Under the pieces are notes generated by a model. The model worked only from the letters and a program-made list of their open reading frames with translations, made no database searches and had not been told where the DNA came from. From the NCBI RefSeq assembly GCF_018350175.1, contig NC_058368.1, forward strand, positions 207,330,001-207,394,000: DNA of 64,000 bases, written 5' to 3'. The DNA is from Felis catus (lineage: Eukaryota). Below, in pieces: positions 63,480 to 64,000 of this stretch (positions are counted from its first letter, which is position 1; every line of letters begins with the position of its first letter). A program made the translations under genes and the position numbers.

Positions 63480-63950
63480 TGTTCCATTCAAGTTACACTG
63501 CCAGGTTTTGTCACAAAGTACGAGAGACATTAATAAATATATGTCAGCTTGTCATTCCCTCATGAAATACCCCCTTCACCGAAATAAATCGACTCCTTTG
63601 AGGCTACAATGGCCATCTTTGTCTAAGAAATACTCGCTCAATTTGTAGACCCACGCTGTTTGCTTGGGGTTACCAATCCACACAAACACAATGATGACGC
63701 TTCTTTGGAAATAGGAAATATCTCCATAGCGCCCAGAGGTGCTGCAGGAAAGTGTAATCATGAGTCACTTGGACGGTCAGTGACTGTCAGAAAATCAAAG
63801 CTAGCGTATGACTAAGATGAAGTTCTAATAAAACAAACGGAGCTCAATATGACAGTAACTTGGCCACCCAATTGCTCAGTGAGGTAGCTCAGAAAAGTGA
63901 GCGTCCAATTTGCCCTCTTCCTTTCATTAATTGTAAAGGATGGCATTTCT
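63480..63950. promoter_or_regulatory. Candidate conserved enhancer
   Basis: No recognisable repeat, CpGs retained; SOX acaatg x2, YY1-like gccatctt, FOX tgtttgc, AP-1 tgagtca 63761-63767, TALE tgacag/ctgtca. Confidence 0.45.
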
Positions 63951-64000
63951 TCATTTATTTATTTTTTTTCCTTCATGCCTGTATGTATGTATGTATGTAT

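Noticed and set aside
63728..63747. CTCF or REST site (minus strand TGCAGCACCTCTGGGCGCTA)
   Set aside because: Partial match to each; mismatched at the CTCF AG core and the right half of RE1
1..64000. CRISPR array, operon or prokaryote-type defence system
   Set aside because: Sequence is mammalian; no regularly spaced repeat-spacer units or long ORFs

Overview
Mammalian nuclear DNA from a cat-family (feliform/felid) genome, identified by about 35 tRNA-derived CanSINEs of the SINEC_Fc type, several with intact target-site duplications (TSDs). I find no protein-coding exon, RNA gene or CRISPR array that I can support. The listed ORFs come from SINEs, L1 remnants, microsatellites or chance, so the window reads as intergenic or deep-intronic. 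It is a layered transposon record: ancient L2/MIR/CR1/MER5, ERVL and MaLR LTRs, L1 fragments, one ERV1-like solo LTR and young SINEs. A few repeat-poor, CpG-retaining, motif-dense stretches look like enhancers (about 2.65-3.5 kb, 10.7-11.3 kb, 24 kb and 63.5-63.95 kb). The best-supported curiosities are a 5'-inverted (twin-primed) L1 inside a MER5, a triple-nested SINE, tail-only insertions with TSDs, and a CpG-rich patch around a G22 tract. I do not see evidence for a new biological system. Repeat family names are from recalled consensus motifs, not from a database search, and boundaries of old elements are approximate.
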